NCBI GenBank assembly: GCA_965262915.1 | Contig: OZ253564.1 | Coordinates: forward strand, 2,656,001-2,720,000 | Direction: 5' to 3' | DNA from: Candidatus Spongiisociaceae bacterium | GTDB taxonomy: Bacteria > Actinomycetota > Acidimicrobiia > Spongiisociales > Spongiisociaceae | DNA: 64,000 bases | Part shown: positions 61,220 to 64,000 of the stretch, piece after piece | How the letters are laid out: the number at the start of each line of letters is the position of its first letter | How positions within the stretch are numbered: position 1 is the first letter of the stretch | Translations under genes and position numbers: made by a program | Notes under the pieces: model-generated | The model's database searches: none | Told to the model about the DNA's origin: nothing | Seen by the model: the letters and a program-made list of their open reading frames with translations, nothing else

Positions 61220-62080
61220 TTGGAGAAGGTGGGCGAACCCGGCCCGGGCCTCCTCGGTGGTCGGCAACAACGGGGCTCGGGAACGTCCGGCGCGCAGTCC
61301 CGCCATCTCCGCGGCCGCCTTGACGCCCGGGATCCCAAAGCGGGCCACTACGTCATTGGCAGCCGTCAAACGATGCTGCATTTTCATGTTCCCGGGAGGA
61401 CTCTCCAACGCGGCGGCCACCACTTCCAGACTTAGCCGGGGCACGTAATTGGCGGCCGCCAGAATGGCGCCGTGTGCTCCCGCGGCAGAGGCCAGGGTCA
61501 CCGCCGGGGCCGATCCGTTGTAGAGGGCGAAATCGTCCGGTAGCAGCGCCAGCATTCGTTGGATGCGGATGGCGTCTCCGCTGGAATCTTTCATGCCTAC
61601 CACATTCGGGTGTTGGGCCAATTCCCAAACCGCCTCCAGCGGGATGGAGTACGCGGTGACCACCGGTACGGAATAGAGGAAGACCGGCAGGGGGGATTCA
61701 TCCGCCACCTCCCGGAAAAAGGCGGTCACGAAGTTGGTGCGGTTGCGGGAGAGGGTGGTGGGGGTCAGCACTAGGGCTGCGTCGGCGCCGCCCTCGGCCG
61801 CTTCGTCGATCTGGCGTCGGGCGACCCGGTTCGTCTCGGCGTTGATCCCGCACAGCAAGAAAGCGTCGTCGCCCGCGCTCTCTCGTGAGGCCGAAGCCAA
61901 CTGTCTGCGTTCTCCCGGCTCCAGGAGGGGACCTTCACCGGTGGAACCGGCCAGTACGAAACCGTCATATCCCAGTCCTCCGAGAAAGGACAGGTTGTGA
62001 CGGTGGGCGTCGAGATCGAGCTCCTGGCGGTCGTCGAAGGGTGTGATGATGGCGGGCATAGCCCTTGGCAATGGTTTCAT
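61214..62080 (-). CDS. DapA/NanA-family aldolase (copy 1)
   Basis: PAIITPF, GSTGE, LYSVP, HPNVVGMKDSSGD. Confidence 0.9.
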   Translation of the reverse strand: MKPLPRAMPAIITPFDDRQELDLDAHRHNLSFLGGLGYDGFVLAGSTGEGPLLEPGERRQLASASRESAGDDAFLLCGINAETNRVARRQIDEAAEGGADAALVLTPTTLSRNRTNFVTAFFREVADESPLPVFLYSVPVVTAYSIPLEAVWELAQHPNVVGMKDSSGDAIRIQRMLALLPDDFALYNGSAPAVTLASAAGAHGAILAAANYVPRLSLEVVAAALESPPGNMKMQHRLTAANDVVARFGIPGVKAAAEMAGLRAGRSRAPLLPTTEEARAGFAHLLQP

Positions 62081-62145
62081 GAGGCCCGGATGATAACTGC
62101 TCGACGGCCGGTAGCCGTTGTGGCCCGGTCGTTGGACGAGGAGCA

Positions 62146-62292
62146 GGGCTCGACACCGGTACATGTCCATCGAGTCGGTGGCCATTGGTGACCACCACGT
62201 CCCGGGTACCCATCTCGTAGTACTTGGCAAGCTTCACAGCGGGCAGGAGGTTGGCAACGCCGGAGACGCTCATCAGGGGCAGGCTCTCCAGG
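62146..62292 (-). pseudogene. Internal fragment of a PLP-dependent (fold II) enzyme gene
   Basis: LESLPLMSVSGVANL...KLAKYYEMG.RDVVVT / MATDSMDMYR with a 1-nt frameshift near 62185. Confidence 0.5.
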
Positions 62293-62299
62293 ACCGCGG

Positions 62300-62430
62300 G
62301 ATGTTGGTCACCAGCACGAGGCGGTACCGGTTCCAGTACCGCCTCACCTGATCGATCTCTGTAGCAAGCCAGACGTCGTCGCCTGCCGGCTTGACCTCCA
62401 GTACCCCGCGTTCGGGAATGCGACCGCCGC
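62300..62430 (-). pseudogene. N-terminal fragment of a type ISP / N6-methylase restriction-modification gene
   Basis: PERGVLEVKPAGDDVWL...DQVRRYWNRYRLVLVTN (E-x-K, Q..RY, LVTN nuclease motifs). Confidence 0.55.
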
Positions 62431-62790
62431 CGACATCAAGCCCGAATCACAATCACCGATAGCAGGACCTCGACCACTACTCACGGAACCTCAGCCACCC
62501 CACTCCCCACGAATTCCCGCAGGATTTTCGTATCTCTGTTCCTCGCCTGTTGGCGGCGTGGAGAACGCCTCAAGAGCTTGAGAACCGCGACCAAATCCGA
62601 AGTCACTACTTGACCGGCATACAGAATGCCATATACGATCGTTAGCACACCAGATTCCCGCACACCAAATTCCATACAGGAGACGGTGGAACGACGTAGC
62701 CGAAAGGGCCGTTCAGCATGCTCGCGAAGTTCAGCAAGTGGCAATGAAGCTTGCCATGCTCAGCGAGGCGAAGTCGGTCGGAGAGCACTG

Positions 62791-63714
62791 GTGAACATAC
62801 CCCGGCTCTTCTATGCCATTGCCCCCACCCAGTTCACCGAAGACCGCCGGCTGGATGTTGGGGCAATTGCCGAGAATGTCGAGCGGGCGTCTCTTGGCGG
62901 CGTATCCAGATTCCTTCTCACGGGCGCCTACGGGGAGTTTCCGAGTCTCGACGACGATGAGCGGGTCCGAGTGGTAGTTGCGGTCAGACAGATATCACCG
63001 AGGGTCGAGATCATGGCCGGAGCAGTCCACCCCTCGACGGAAGCCACTCTCCGTCTGGCCAATCGTCTGTTCCAGGCCGGAGCCGACGAAGTCATGGTTG
63101 GACCGCCGTCCATTGCGGAGGTGACCGAGTCCGACATTCTCCGACATTTCGATTACCTGGGAGTGCGGTCCGAGGGTTCCCTTGCCGTCTACAACAACCC
63201 GGTCTTCGGCCACGATCTTGAGCCCGATCTGATCGCTCGTCTTGCCGAAATGGTCTCATATACTTCGATCAAGCAGGGGACCTCTTCAATGAGTCGCCTC
63301 CTCGCCAGCGTCAACGCGGCCCACCACGGTTCCGGTCGGCTCAGGGTTCTCGCCGCCTCAGATCTCACTGCCGTGGTCACGCTGGCAGCTGGTATTGACG
63401 GCCTCACGTCGACCAATTTCTGGGTGTTTCCTGGAGCGATCACGAGCCTGGCTACCCACGCAGCGACCTCCGATCACGAACAAGCCGAAGCGATACACCA
63501 GGCTCTGACGCCGTACTTCGATGCGGTCCGGGCCCTAGGTCAGCCGAGAGCGGTCAAAGCTGCCATGACGTTGCGAGGCTATGCGGGCACGTCGATGGTC
63601 CGGCTTCCGTACGAGCCCCTGTCTGAAGTTGAAGTCCGAAACCTCAAGGAAGTCGTCACCGGCGTCGATGAGGCTCTGGCTGGACTCACACCCCTCGGAG
63701 CCCAAGCCTCATGA
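62791..63714 (+). CDS. DapA-family aldolase/dehydratase (copy 2, atypical)
   Basis: APTQF, TGAYGEF, YNNP, SIKQG, VKAAM; GTG start at 62791. Confidence 0.82.
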   Translation: MNIPRLFYAIAPTQFTEDRRLDVGAIAENVERASLGGVSRFLLTGAYGEFPSLDDDERVRVVVAVRQISPRVEIMAGAVHPSTEATLRLANRLFQAGADEVMVGPPSIAEVTESDILRHFDYLGVRSEGSLAVYNNPVFGHDLEPDLIARLAEMVSYTSIKQGTSSMSRLLASVNAAHHGSGRLRVLAASDLTAVVTLAAGIDGLTSTNFWVFPGAITSLATHAATSDHEQAEAIHQALTPYFDAVRALGQPRAVKAAMTLRGYAGTSMVRLPYEPLSEVEVRNLKEVVTGVDEALAGLTPLGAQAS

Positions 63715-63972
63715 ATGTCGGCGCCTGGGAGTCTGGTATCACGGTCATCCGGGCCCGAGGGCCGGCCGCGCGCCGCGCCCCTCTCACCGCCGACGACGCA
63801 CGGTTCGAATTCATCCGCCGGGCAATGGCCGCGAGCCCGGTTTCGGCGGCTAGGGATGAGACATGATCCTCTACGATTGTCGGGTGTCCTCTCCTGTCTC
63901 ACCTACTCCCTTCACACCTGATTCCACCAACGAGGTCGATTGGCCCAACAGGCCTACCGGAAAGGAACAGAT

Positions 63973-64000
63973 ATGAAACGACACTCACTGGCGCTATTGC
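63973..64000 (+). CDS. Start of a probable secreted/lipoprotein gene (truncated by the window)
   Basis: AAAGGA RBS, then MKRHSLALL. Confidence 0.5.

Overview
High-GC actinobacterial chromosome segment. Gene content, CGAAC-N4-GTTCG LexA boxes and mycothiol/F420-type enzymes suggest Acidimicrobiia; that assignment is an inference. The housekeeping backbone comprises trpE, the imuA'-imuB/dnaE2 mutasome, a thiamine-type ABC transporter, ccdA, MATE, nth-xpt, thyA and an acyl-CoA synthetase. Several accessory blocks interrupt it. (1) A ~17 kb island with divergent codon usage (25.7-42.6 kb) encodes an Opp/Dpp-type ABC importer, four hydantoinase/oxoprolinase subunits in A-B-B-A order, an alpha/beta-hydrolase and a threonine-aldolase homolog with non-canonical catalytic motifs, and an LLM enzyme. 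Its left edge carries a decayed group II intron inserted in an IS3 transposase, and its right edge has a probable inverted IS3 scar. (2) A selenium-type xanthine dehydrogenase / SsnA / shortened YgfK purine-catabolism operon lies divergent from a YkoF-like / HTH / cytochrome c operon. (3) A deaminase-like amidohydrolase, an orphan Mo-hydroxylase large subunit and an ADH form a small cluster. (4) Many toxin-antitoxin, Fic and AAA-DUF4143 cassettes and short chimeric gene scars fill intergenic gaps, three of them next to heptamer tandem repeats. No rRNA, tRNA or CRISPR array was seen. All family calls come from motif recognition without database searches.
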